Below, one piece after another: positions 1 to 9,565 of a stretch of 64,000 nt of DNA (within the stretch, counting starts at the first letter, position 1; every line of letters starts with the position of its first letter). Origin of the DNA: an uncultured delta proteobacterium (GTDB taxonomy: Bacteria; Desulfobacterota; Binatia; UBA9968); the NCBI GenBank assembly GCA_963727625.1, contig CAVSHR010000004.1, positions 352,001 to 416,000 of the forward strand, written 5' to 3'. Below the pieces are notes generated by a model, which was not told where the DNA came from, did no database searches, and saw nothing but the letters and a program-made list of their open reading frames with translations. The position numbers and the translations under genes were made by a program.

Positions 1-806
1 TAAACTCTTCCGACATACTGATCGCTGATCTTCAGATGATCTTTCATGATCTCCAGAGTTGCTTCCTTGTTGGTCTTAAAAAACCTGAGACCTTTCAAAG
101 TCGCGCGAATCATTCTTTTGATCTGCTCTGGGTTGGCTTTAATTTTTTCCGCGCCGACGGCAAGACCGCCCAAGGGTAAATTCACGATGTCGCCGAAATA
201 CAGGATGTCGCGTAAGCCCAACTTGTCGGTTTTCTCGATAAAGGCGACATCCAGCGGTGATGCATCAACGGTGCCGGATTCCAATGCCGCCAGCCGGGCG
301 GAAGAACCGCCGATCGACATGAAGATGACGTCATGATCGGGATCCATCCCTTCTGCAGCCAGAGCCTCTCGAACCATCACATAGGGTGTGGAACCGATGG
401 AACTGATTGCGACTTTTTTGTTTTTTAAGCCCTTGACGTTTTTGATCTCGGGCCTGCTGACTAGAATGTGCAAGGGCCGGTCCCACCAACCCATCACGAC
501 TTTGACCGGCAACCCTTTTGCGGCAGCTCTGATCGCGGCTCCGCCGACGCTGGAAAAATCGAGCTCGCCTGCGGCTAGCGCGGTCGCCTGCAAACCGGTT
601 TTAATCACGATGGTCCGGACGTTCAGACCCTCTTCTTTGTAGAAGCCTTTCCGTTTGGCGATTACCAAAGGAATTTCGTAGAGTCCCACCGAAGAAATCG
701 CCACGTTGACGTCCTCCGCATAGGCCCGATAGCAAGCGGGCTGCACCAATAAGCAAAAAATCATCGCCGCCGATGCTCCCATGAGCCGGAATGATACGAT
801 ATCCAT
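1..806 (-). CDS. ABC transporter substrate-binding protein (NMT1/THI5/TauA-like), runs off window edge
   Basis: Manual translation MDIVSFRLMG..AEDVNVAISSVGLYEIPLVIAKRKGFYKEEGLNV; signal peptide; GGAGG RBS upstream. Confidence 0.8.
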   Translation of the reverse strand, partial: MDIVSFRLMGASAAMIFCLLVQPACYRAYAEDVNVAISSVGLYEIPLVIAKRKGFYKEEGLNVRTIVIKTGLQATALAAGELDFSSVGGAAIRAAAKGLPVKVVMGWWDRPLHILVSRPEIKNVKGLKNKKVAISSIGSTPYVMVREALAAEGMDPDHDVIFMSIGGSSARLAALESGTVDASPLDVAFIEKTDKLGLRDILYFGDIVNLPLGGLAVGAEKIKANPEQIKRMIRATLKGLRFFKTNKEATLEIMKDHLKISDQYVGRV

Positions 807-1151
807 TGCAATGACCTCCTCTCTAAAATTCAAAACTTGGATTTCCGGGAACAGGATACTCATTTCCCTTTCCTGCCCTTCAGTCAACCGCTTTCCTTGG
901 ATTGCAAACTCTTACAGATGAGTTCTTCTGCTGCCCTATAAATTCAGCAGCCCCTAAGGGCCGTCCGGCGCGCAGATGCAACTCATAATCCTGGTATCAT
1001 TCACGACCGACTTAGTACGTGCCGCGGCCCATCGGTCACAAATCCTAAAAACATCCCCTCTCGGGCAAGCCAATCGTCACGAACCGCAGTCTATAGCCAA
1101 AGAATTGAGTCGTTACCCAGGGTTTTAAAACTGATGGGACACGATATGCTC

Positions 1152-2003
1152 TCATTGCTTTACAAACTTGAGCGTAAAGCGGTCGCTCTCGCCGATCGCC
1201 TGGTATTTTGCGCGATTCATGTCCTTCAGGCGATACGACGGCGGCAGCGTCCACACTCCCTCCGGATAATCCTTGGTATCCTTGGGATTGGCATTGACCT
1301 CTGAGGTGCCGACCAACTTGAAGCCGGCCTTCTCGATCAACGCGACGGCAAAATCCTGGCGCACATAGCCCGTCGCCAATTGAGCTTCCTGCGAAACCTC
1401 GGTGCGCCCGCGGTGATCGACGACGCCAAGCACGCCGCCCGGCTTGAGCGCTCGGTGAAAAGCTCGCAGCGCGCCGACGATTTCATTACGCGCGATCCAG
1501 TTGTGCAGGTTGCGGAAGGTGAGCACGAAATCGGCGCTGCCCGCAGGCGCGATCTCGTGCTTGTCGGCGTTGAATTGAGTGACCAAAACCTTGCTGTAAA
1601 GGGCCGGCTCGGCCTTGAGCCGGGCCAGCAGCTTCTTGTGATCGGCAAGATACCGCGGCGGCGCCGCTTCGTCGCGGTTGGCGGCGATGTAGCGCCCTCG
1701 TTCCTTCAAATAAGGCGCGAGAATCTCCAGATAATAACCGCGGCTGCCCGGAAGAATCTCCACAACCGTGCTGTTTTCCTTGACGCCGAAGAACGCAAGC
1801 GTCTCAAGCGGATGGCGAGAGCGATCGCGCGCTAAATTGCCGGCGGTCCGATGAGGCGCCTTCACCCATTTAATCAGCCCGTTGGGCCCGCTTGCTAGCG
1901 CGACGCCATGGGAAAACCCCATCCACGACAGGGTCGCCGCAATAAGCAGTCTCGCCAATGCCCGCGCCGACTTGGTGCTCGTAATCGAAAGTGATTGCAT
2001 CAA
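1152..2003 (-). CDS. Class I SAM-dependent methyltransferase, probably exported (COG4798-like)
   Basis: RD..RHP.ETLAFFG, VVEILPG.GY, FRNLHNW, GVWTLPP, IGESDR motifs. Confidence 0.8.
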   Translation of the reverse strand: MMQSLSITSTKSARALARLLIAATLSWMGFSHGVALASGPNGLIKWVKAPHRTAGNLARDRSRHPLETLAFFGVKENSTVVEILPGSRGYYLEILAPYLKERGRYIAANRDEAAPPRYLADHKKLLARLKAEPALYSKVLVTQFNADKHEIAPAGSADFVLTFRNLHNWIARNEIVGALRAFHRALKPGGVLGVVDHRGRTEVSQEAQLATGYVRQDFAVALIEKAGFKLVGTSEVNANPKDTKDYPEGVWTLPPSYRLKDMNRAKYQAIGESDRFTLKFVKQ

Positions 2004-2179
2004 ATCCTCAACTGCTGACAGAATCTGTGTATGGAATCCTAAAATATACCTTCGGTCAATGCTTTGATCTTCACACTTTGGAGATTCAAATTTTACGGCA
2101 GGAGTCGTTTTTGCCGGGTTAGCAGATCAGGGCTGTCGTTGGCAAACCGCCAGGGCCGGATATCACGCGAGGATGCGGT

Positions 2180-2321
2180 ATCGATCCAAGCGGTTAAATT
2201 CCTGGCCATGAAATCGAGGCAGGCTCGTCCACCGTTGTCGGTTTGGAAGATAAATCGGACACTCCGCTGCGGAACGTGATGCGGATAACCAGAAGCTACG
2301 ACTCCGGAAAATACCCGCCAT
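2180..2321 (-). pseudogene. 5' relic of a REP-associated tyrosine transposase (RAYT/Y1)
   Basis: Frameshifted MAGI..VVASGYPHHVPQRSVR..IFQTD..LDFMA resembles the RAYT N-terminus; GTGTCCCCGGAATT motif at 2373-2386. Confidence 0.5.
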
Positions 2322-2480
2322 GCGCAAACCCTATTCGAGATGAATGTATTCAGTCAAGAAAAAATCAGTATCGTGTCCCCGGAATTTGGTGGACCCTTGG
2401 CGCCTGTTACGAATAAATGCCCGGCTTGGGGAAACACAATCTAGACATCTCAATTCAAGCGACTTCAAGGGCACTGTGTG

Positions 2481-3467
2481 TCAGCGCTTTGGCTTCCATC
2501 CCTCTTTCTTCAAGTCTGCATATGCCTTTTTGATCAGGCTATAGTCGAAAAGAGTTTCCATATCCGGAACGCTGGTGGCTTTGACCAATTCGGCGCGGGT
2601 CTTTACTTCTTCTTTAAGCGTTTCATCGCTCACCCATCCCTCCTCGGTCATGCTTCCCAGGGCGACGTCATAATCGAGTGACAAGGCTTCCACCGGGAGC
2701 GGATTATATTTAGCGATAATGGCAACCGTTGGTTCTTTGAAACGCTTCGCAAATTCGCGCCCTTTCGCCAGCCCGCGCATAAAGCGTTCCACAGTCATCG
2801 GTCTTTCCGCTAGAAACCGGTTGGAAACCGCCACGCTGGTGTACACCATCTGTATCTCGGCGCCCAAATCAGCCAAAATGTGCCCTTTGCCTGCGCCTAT
2901 CTTGCTAATTTCCCCGGCAGTCAGTGGCGCGGCGTCTACGGAACCTGCGAGAAACGCAGGAAGCTTTGCATCATTACTGCGCACGGCGATGAACAAAACT
3001 GATTTAGCGTTGATATGATATTTCTTTAGAAGTAAAAGCATCGCCAGATGACCCGTATCTCCATGAGTGTTAATTGCAATTTTTCTACCGATCAGGTCTT
3101 GCATTGTCCGGATTTCGGGTTTGTTCGTCACCAGTTTGTACGCAGGCCGTGAAATGTTGGTATAGACAATCTTGACAGGGCCGCCACGAATCCCCGCGCT
3201 TATAGCCGAACTGCCGGACGAGCTGAAGTCCAATTTATTGGCCACAAGAGTTTGTGTTGCAGTTCCGCCGCCGACCCTGAACCTTTTTAGAGTCAATCCT
3301 TCTTCGGCGAAGTAGCCTCGTTCCAAAGCAACCAAATGGTCCATATAGGACGCAGTATAAGTGGCGTAAGAAACACTGACTTCTTCGGCACGGGCGGAAC
3401 CAATCCATATAAAAATCGACATTGCAGCAGCAATTCGGAGGATGACGCTCGTTCGAATATTAAACAT
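2481..3467 (-). CDS. ABC transporter substrate-binding protein (NMT1/TauA-like)
   Basis: Signal peptide; ALERGYFAEEGL and DLIGRKIAI motifs. Confidence 0.85.
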   Translation of the reverse strand: MFNIRTSVILRIAAAMSIFIWIGSARAEEVSVSYATYTASYMDHLVALERGYFAEEGLTLKRFRVGGGTATQTLVANKLDFSSSGSSAISAGIRGGPVKIVYTNISRPAYKLVTNKPEIRTMQDLIGRKIAINTHGDTGHLAMLLLLKKYHINAKSVLFIAVRSNDAKLPAFLAGSVDAAPLTAGEISKIGAGKGHILADLGAEIQMVYTSVAVSNRFLAERPMTVERFMRGLAKGREFAKRFKEPTVAIIAKYNPLPVEALSLDYDVALGSMTEEGWVSDETLKEEVKTRAELVKATSVPDMETLFDYSLIKKAYADLKKEGWKPKR

Positions 3468-3794
3468 GCGGTTATTCCCTTTCCCTGATTTTGAGTTCCT
3501 TCAGCACGACGCTCTGGTTATTACAGACAATACGACTTCCGGGCTTCGGTTCTACAAACGTCACAAATCTCAGACTTGATCGAAGTAGAACCTCTCCAAG
3601 TAGCCCCAATTGCTTCAAAGAATTATGCCCCTCCAGCGAGTAGATCCATGTGCGAAGGCTGAATCATTTTAAATTCCCTTTTGCAGTTTCCCGTCGCCTC
3701 AAATAGGCGACTTACTAACTGAGGTCTCAAGGCAACGCTTGTGCCACGCCTCACTAAAAAATTTATTCAAACTGCGAAGCGTGGAATCTTTACG

Positions 3795-4907
3795 CTACCA
3801 TAACGTATTCGATCCGTGCGCTTCGTGAGATACCGGCGCAAGCACCTGATAGGGATCTCCGAATTGGCTAGCCACATCAAGCACTTCGGGATGATGAAGC
3901 AGTGTTCGATCGAGCATCCCATACTTGTCAACAATGAGCCGATCATCGATGTAAAGGCGCGCGTTCATGACCGACCCGTCCACATGTCGAAAGTTCGGGT
4001 GTTTCCGTTCGGTGCCTAGGCCCGCCCAAGGCATTTTGCTGATGAGCTCCCAGTGCATCGGATCCTCGATCCCGTGGGCGATCGACGCCTTGGGGTGATA
4101 GCCAAACATAATCTCGATCAAACGATTTGAACCCGGAACCTGTTCAAAGAGTCTGCGGCATTCCTCTCCGACCTCTCCTCCCCCATCGACTTCCACCACC
4201 CAGCTCTCCTTGACCTTCCAGCGCATTGGCTCGGACAGCACGCCGGCCACACCTTGGACGCAACTTAAATAGATTTCTCCATCCGCGTTCCCGTCGCCGT
4301 TGAAAACGCCGCAACGACCCCACGGAAAATGGCAACGGCCGGGCGGATCTCCCGCGCGAAACTGCATGCCATAAAGGCGTTTGCCGTCGTAGGTAGCGGT
4401 TAATTTAGATCCCAGATCGTCTTCGACTCTAACCACCCGGCCCGAAGTAACGACCTCGCTTACTTTCTCAGCCAACTTCCAAATAACCTTGTTGGGAAAT
4501 TTGGCATAATCGCGCGCCAAGAGACCTGGAGTACCTTCGAAGTAAACGAAGTACGGTTTGAGACGGCGCTCCTGGAGCTGGGTCCCGCTTTCCTCGCGCT
4601 TGCGCCCCATAGCCCGATGATCCGGGGTAAATGTTATAAAAGTTGGCCAAACCCATATGGCGACATCCGAAGCATGCATGGCTTGCAGCACTGCATCGGG
4701 AACATGTCCGTAGCGGGAAATCGGTTCAGTAATTAACGACATCGGGATGGCGCCGTACATTTTGAGCCCTGCGGTGAGGGCTTCCATACTCATCGGGTCG
4801 CTTCGACGATCCGCTAAGAGCAAGACTTGGTCCCCGGTCCGGATATCTGCCGCCTCGATCATATTTTTAACTCCGAGCATCATGTCGGAGATCTGACTGC
4901 TAATCAT
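3795..4907 (-). CDS. M29 peptidase-fold / NicX (2,5-dihydroxypyridine dioxygenase)-like protein
   Basis: IRTGDQVLLLAD, AMHASDV, EIMFGYHPKA, HVDG...LYIDDRLIV pattern. Confidence 0.55.
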   Translation of the reverse strand: MISSQISDMMLGVKNMIEAADIRTGDQVLLLADRRSDPMSMEALTAGLKMYGAIPMSLITEPISRYGHVPDAVLQAMHASDVAIWVWPTFITFTPDHRAMGRKREESGTQLQERRLKPYFVYFEGTPGLLARDYAKFPNKVIWKLAEKVSEVVTSGRVVRVEDDLGSKLTATYDGKRLYGMQFRAGDPPGRCHFPWGRCGVFNGDGNADGEIYLSCVQGVAGVLSEPMRWKVKESWVVEVDGGGEVGEECRRLFEQVPGSNRLIEIMFGYHPKASIAHGIEDPMHWELISKMPWAGLGTERKHPNFRHVDGSVMNARLYIDDRLIVDKYGMLDRTLLHHPEVLDVASQFGDPYQVLAPVSHEAHGSNTLW

Positions 4908-5135
4908 AGTTCTTCTCCTTATTTAGTCTTCCCGCAAATGCTGCCATGGGACGACGCAACGATAGGCAATACGCTAAACTCCTGCAAATCTCTTCCAGCA
5001 CACCCCAAGGATGATTGCACCGAAAACAACGAGGATCTGATCGTGCTTGGCACCGACCGGGGGAATTCAGCGATCATCACGATGCCAAGCGCGCGTCTAA
5101 CGGCCAGCGGCATAGCGTCAATGATCGCGCCGTTT

Positions 5136-5990
5136 TCAATGATGCGGTCTATTTTCGCTCACCTGCAGACGATTGCCGAATGGATCGTAGAAATAGACCG
5201 TCTGCGAATTTGGCTCATGCCACGGGATGCGATTGCCGAAAGGGCTCCAATATCGCTCGACGTTGGTCAAGTTAGAGACGAACGCCTCAAATGACCCGAC
5301 GGGAACCTTGACGTCCACGTGGGGGCCACGGGAGTAATGGCTTCGTTGCGTCATCTGCGACACTTCATGAAGAATGAACATCTGCCCCGTCTCCGCTATC
5401 ACCAGTGAGGCTTGGCGATCCCCTGGTACGGGGTCGGTTCGACTCAAACCCAGCGTATCCACGTACCAACGCTCGGCAAGCTCTAGATCCGTGACCTCGA
5501 GTCGGACATGGTTGATGCGGCGAAGCCCCAACTCCCCCTGACCCGGCTCAGTGCTCTTTTGTCCGTCACGCCGAACCGAAAACTCGTAGTTGAAATCATG
5601 GAGGTCTCGTATGAAGAGGGACGCAGCAATCGGACTGGGCTTCGCATATTCTACGGGCCCCTCATAAGCGACCTTTCGCTGGTCTAAGGCCGCGATGACA
5701 CCTCCCAAACCTCGGTCGTCGACCTCGAATCCCCATACCGGTCCTTCTAATCCACGAATCGGTGGCGGAATGGGTTGATCTTCAAGCGCAAGACCAAATC
5801 CCCGGTGGTTTGCCAATGTAAAAAACGCGATCTCCGGAACTTCACGATTAAGCCCACGCAGGTTCACATTTACGAGAGCATTAAAGCGAGCGCCCAGGAC
5901 ATCGGTAAAAAAAGACAGCGACTTTCCCAAATCGTTGGTCGGAATAACTCCGTGATCGATTCGGAGAACGCTAGGCGTTGGTTGACTCAT
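5136..5990 (-). CDS. Two-domain VOC/glyoxalase family protein
   Basis: IDH...DL..SL.FF.DVLG, INHV.LEVTDL..AERWY..TLG, YFYDPFGNRLQ. Confidence 0.85.
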   Translation of the reverse strand: MSQPTPSVLRIDHGVIPTNDLGKSLSFFTDVLGARFNALVNVNLRGLNREVPEIAFFTLANHRGFGLALEDQPIPPPIRGLEGPVWGFEVDDRGLGGVIAALDQRKVAYEGPVEYAKPSPIAASLFIRDLHDFNYEFSVRRDGQKSTEPGQGELGLRRINHVRLEVTDLELAERWYVDTLGLSRTDPVPGDRQASLVIAETGQMFILHEVSQMTQRSHYSRGPHVDVKVPVGSFEAFVSNLTNVERYWSPFGNRIPWHEPNSQTVYFYDPFGNRLQVSENRPHH

Positions 5991-6135
5991 AGCTCACTCC
6001 TTATTTAATCCAAAAACTGCATCTTACGACAATCTAAGCCTTTGAGCTGGTCGATGGCCGTAACTAACCAGCGGCCACGCTTATCTCGAACAGGCTCTAA
6101 TGATCGCTCGGCTTTCCTTCCTGCCGAGCAGCGAA

Positions 6136-7137
6136 CTATACCGCTCGGGGTCTCAGCCGAGGTTTTACCTCCTCAATCAATAATCGCATTTGCCTTTCAA
6201 CATCAGAGGAAGCCAAGCGGGCAACGACTGCTGTTAGCCCAGCATCTATATACGACTGGAGAAGTCGGACGCAGTCGTCTGGTGTTCCAAAGATGGTAAA
6301 GAAAAATTCCAAATTCGCCTTCGGTTGGCGAAAAAAATCCACCATCCACTTCCATCCCTGTTCCATGGCCTTTTCCCGGCTTGGGTTCAGATTAAACGTG
6401 GCATAGATACCCGACGGCACATCCCAATTTTGTCTGCCATAAGTTTCCGCGTAAGCCTGGATCTTATTCCGGTTTAACGCAAATTTATCCACCGGGCGCG
6501 CACTCGACGTGAACCAGCCGTCGGCCAAGCGCGCCACGCGCTTGAAAGCGTTTTCACTCCGGTCCGCTGTCACCCACACTGGGATGCTCGGCCGTTGAAT
6601 GGGATGGGGCAATATGCCGACATCCTGGAGCTTGTAATATCTGCCTTCGAAACTCACCGTTTTTTCCATCCACAACCGTTTCATAATTTGAATAGACTCG
6701 CTGAGTCGACCGGCCTTTTCGGCATACGGAACGCCGCACGCCTCGAACTGATGCTGTATATAGGGTAGGGACGGAGCGACGCTTGCGCCAATTAAAACAC
6801 GACCCTGGGAGATCACGTCGAGCGTCGCGAGAGTGTGGGCTAACAATACCGGTGAGCGCATGGCGGGTAGAAGAGGCACCGTGCCCACTTTGACGCGGTT
6901 TGTTTTCGTCGCAAGGGAACCCATCAGTGCCAGACAATCACCCCTCGCTCTGTCTAATACGGTCACGCTATCGCCAATCCACACGTGATCCATGCCGACT
7001 TTTTCGGCGAGCGCGGCCTCGTCCCACATGGTCTCAAACGAAGGCGCTAGTCCGTCGTTGTGAATCAAATGCCGGGTATGGAGAAGAACTCCGAATTCGA
7101 TGCCTCCGGACACATTTTTAATCTCATTTACAATCAT
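6136..7137 (-). CDS. LLM-class flavin-dependent oxidoreductase
   Basis: AEKVGMDHVWIGD, LATLDVISQGR, RVARLADGW. Confidence 0.9.
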   Translation of the reverse strand: MIVNEIKNVSGGIEFGVLLHTRHLIHNDGLAPSFETMWDEAALAEKVGMDHVWIGDSVTVLDRARGDCLALMGSLATKTNRVKVGTVPLLPAMRSPVLLAHTLATLDVISQGRVLIGASVAPSLPYIQHQFEACGVPYAEKAGRLSESIQIMKRLWMEKTVSFEGRYYKLQDVGILPHPIQRPSIPVWVTADRSENAFKRVARLADGWFTSSARPVDKFALNRNKIQAYAETYGRQNWDVPSGIYATFNLNPSREKAMEQGWKWMVDFFRQPKANLEFFFTIFGTPDDCVRLLQSYIDAGLTAVVARLASSDVERQMRLLIEEVKPRLRPRAV

Positions 7138-7616
7138 GTGGTGGACCCATGGGCGTCATGAGCGCTGCCGCCGGAGCAAGACACCGTGCAAACATGCTCG
7201 TCAACTCGCGTCTGCGCTTAATCTGTAACCCGAAACACGTGAGAATTGGCCGCAACCCTTAACGTGAATTGCCTGAAAAATGTTACAGATAGTTCATAGC
7301 CCTTACCAATATGAAACAAATCTGTCAACTGGCCCGTCATGGCTCCAGGATTTTTAAACCAAACTCACGGCCTAATAAGGTGATAATTTTGCAAGCAGAG
7401 GGGTGTGGGCAAATGCGAATTTCTCGAAATCAGGCTTTCGACTGATATGGTGGAGTTCCCGAGGATTTTTCAGTATAACCAATATGCGCCGATCAGAAAT
7501 TGAGGATTGCTCCGGAACGAGCCAGAGAGTCGAAAGCGAGCTGATGCACAGTAGACTTTGTTGCATTCTTTAGGTCATTTTACTCATCAATTGGCCATCA
7601 GCGGAATCGCATAGAC

Positions 7617-8477
7617 ATGGACCCGAATTTCCAAAAGAAAATTTATCTACTGCGCCCGCAACTGAGTGGACAACTTCGGAAAGTCGCGGATTTCATTCTA
7701 AAGGACGGAAATCATGCCTGCTTTTTGAATGCACGAGATTTGGCCGAAGCCGCGAGCGTCAGTTCTGCAAGTGTCGTCCGGTTTGCTCGCAAACTCGGCT
7801 ACGACGGGTATCAATCTTTCAAAGCAGAACTTCAAGACGGTCTTTGGCGACAACTCAGTTCGAGTGAACGAGTTTCCAAAACTATTCGATCAGTTTCCGG
7901 AGATCAGATACTAAGCCAGGTTATGCGCAAGGATGTCGGTCTCATAGAGAATACCCTTCGTATAAATTCAGAGAAAGACTTTCAACAGGCTATCGCTAGA
8001 ATTTGTGGCGCAGGCACCATTTATTTCGTGGGGCAGAAGAGTTCATTTGCACTAGCCTATTTCATCTATTACAGACTTTGCCGGCTTGGAATCAGCTGCA
8101 AATTGGCGACGGTCGGCGGACCCGGTGTTCTATTTAGCGAATTGGCGTCACTTAAAAAAAATGACATTCTCTTCGTTGTCGGGTTTCAGAGAATAACTCG
8201 CGAAGTACAGGCGTGCGTCAAAAACGCGGCAGCGCGACGGGTGGGGGTGTTGCTAATAACCTCAACATCGCTCAATTTCGTCGGCGACGAAGCGGATGTG
8301 GTTTTTCTTGCCGATCGCGGCAGTGCAGATTTGCTGCAGTCCGTTACTGCCGCATTTTCGTTGGGTCATGCGCTCGTCATTGCTGTGGCCGCTAAATTGG
8401 GTACCCGTTCGGCGGCGCTTTTAAATGCCATCGATGCAATGGAGGAGGATACACTCGCTCGCGAACCCAATGGTTGA
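7617..8477 (+). CDS. MurR/RpiR family transcriptional regulator (HTH + SIS)
   Basis: LAEAASVSSASVVRFARKLGYDGYQSFK followed by a SIS domain; divergent from the LLM operon. Confidence 0.9.
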   Translation: MDPNFQKKIYLLRPQLSGQLRKVADFILKDGNHACFLNARDLAEAASVSSASVVRFARKLGYDGYQSFKAELQDGLWRQLSSSERVSKTIRSVSGDQILSQVMRKDVGLIENTLRINSEKDFQQAIARICGAGTIYFVGQKSSFALAYFIYYRLCRLGISCKLATVGGPGVLFSELASLKKNDILFVVGFQRITREVQACVKNAAARRVGVLLITSTSLNFVGDEADVVFLADRGSADLLQSVTAAFSLGHALVIAVAAKLGTRSAALLNAIDAMEEDTLAREPNG

Positions 8478-8479
8478 GG

Positions 8480-8537
8480 GAGAAACAAAGCGTTGCGAGC
8501 ACCAACCATCGCGGCAAAAACAACTTTAACGTTAGAT
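8480..8537 (-). other. Possible degenerate terminal attC of array 1
   Basis: Minus strand ATCTAAC...imperfect hairpin...GTTTCTC, 58 bp, abutting the rpiR stop. Confidence 0.35.
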
Positions 8538-8599
8538 CAGATCTCCACAAGCGCACGCCGGAAAAAACAGCCGTTTCGGCGCGCGCGACGACCACGTGC

Positions 8600-9460
8600 T
8601 CAGCCCAGCTCGAACGACGTGACGCCGAAGATCTCGACGTCCGGCAACTCCGGGATCGGGCCGAGCACCATGCGCGCGCAGCCGAAGACCTCCTTCATGC
8701 CGTGGCGTCCTGCCAGAGCCAGCGCTTCACGGTTGACCTCCGGCACGTCCAGGAAGATTGGCTCGCCCGGGACCCGCGAGGCCAGGGCCACGAAGAGCCG
8801 CTCGGCCAACGCGGCGTTCGCCGCGAACAGCGGGCCGATTTTGTGGCCGGTCCGGCACGGCCGCATGACCGCGTAGCCGCGCACCCTGTCACCTTCGAGA
8901 GCGGCCACGGCATGTCCGCCAGGGCGGCGAATCCAGCCACGCAGGAACCGGCTGCGCGACGCGGGAAAGTGCCGGCGATCGCAGGCTTCGATGGGTTCGA
9001 AAGGAAGGGAGCTCGCCTCGACGACGCCCGCCTGCGGCGGCGCTTCCCTGCCTCGTCCCTCGAAGCGCAGGTCGCGGCAGACAAAGCGGAAGCCGCCGCG
9101 GGTGTAGTATTCCTGCATGTTGAACACCCCGTCCATGCCGATGCACGCGTCCGCGTCGAGGCGCTCCAACAGGCGCCGCTTGCGCTCGTTCCAGAGGAGA
9201 TTGCCCAGGCCGCGCCCGCGGTAGCCGGGCCGCATGATGAAGAAGCCCATGAAACCATAGCGCTTTTCGTAAGCGACGATCGAGCCTCCGCCGACCAGCT
9301 CGCCGCCCATCTCGGCGGCGATGAACCCCTCCGGGTCAGTGGCCCAGAAGATCTCGGCATCGTCGAGGCCTGGGTTCCAACCCTCGCGCGCCGCCCATTC
9401 AACCAGCGTATCCAGCTCGCCGCGGGTCATGCGGCGAATTTTCATCTCCTCAGAGGCCAT
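8600..9460 (-). CDS. GNAT family N-acetyltransferase (YitH-like, two domains)
   Basis: WAAREGWNP, PGYRGRGLG, KIGPLFA. Confidence 0.85.
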   Translation of the reverse strand: MASEEMKIRRMTRGELDTLVEWAAREGWNPGLDDAEIFWATDPEGFIAAEMGGELVGGGSIVAYEKRYGFMGFFIMRPGYRGRGLGNLLWNERKRRLLERLDADACIGMDGVFNMQEYYTRGGFRFVCRDLRFEGRGREAPPQAGVVEASSLPFEPIEACDRRHFPASRSRFLRGWIRRPGGHAVAALEGDRVRGYAVMRPCRTGHKIGPLFAANAALAERLFVALASRVPGEPIFLDVPEVNREALALAGRHGMKEVFGCARMVLGPIPELPDVEIFGVTSFELG

Positions 9461-9525
9461 CAGTCCGTGCTCCTGCCGTTAAGATAAGAAATATCCCTTC
9501 ACTAATACGAACGTTATCGTGCAAC

Positions 9526-9553
9526 ATGCTATGCGCGGGTTCTCGCGTGTCAA
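9526..9553 (-). promoter_or_regulatory. Sigma70 promoter for the GNAT gene
   Basis: TTGACA-16-TAGCAT on minus strand. Confidence 0.5.
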
Positions 9554-9565
9554 CGGACCTGCCCA

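Noticed and set aside
8474-9487. 337-aa plus-strand ORF and similar long antisense ORFs (34958-35854, 50925-51899, 53744-54589)
   Set aside because: Shadows of well-supported opposite-strand genes in GC-rich DNA
9470-9565. attC between the antiporter and GNAT genes
   Set aside because: No complementary core pair or extended hairpin; better explained as a promoter
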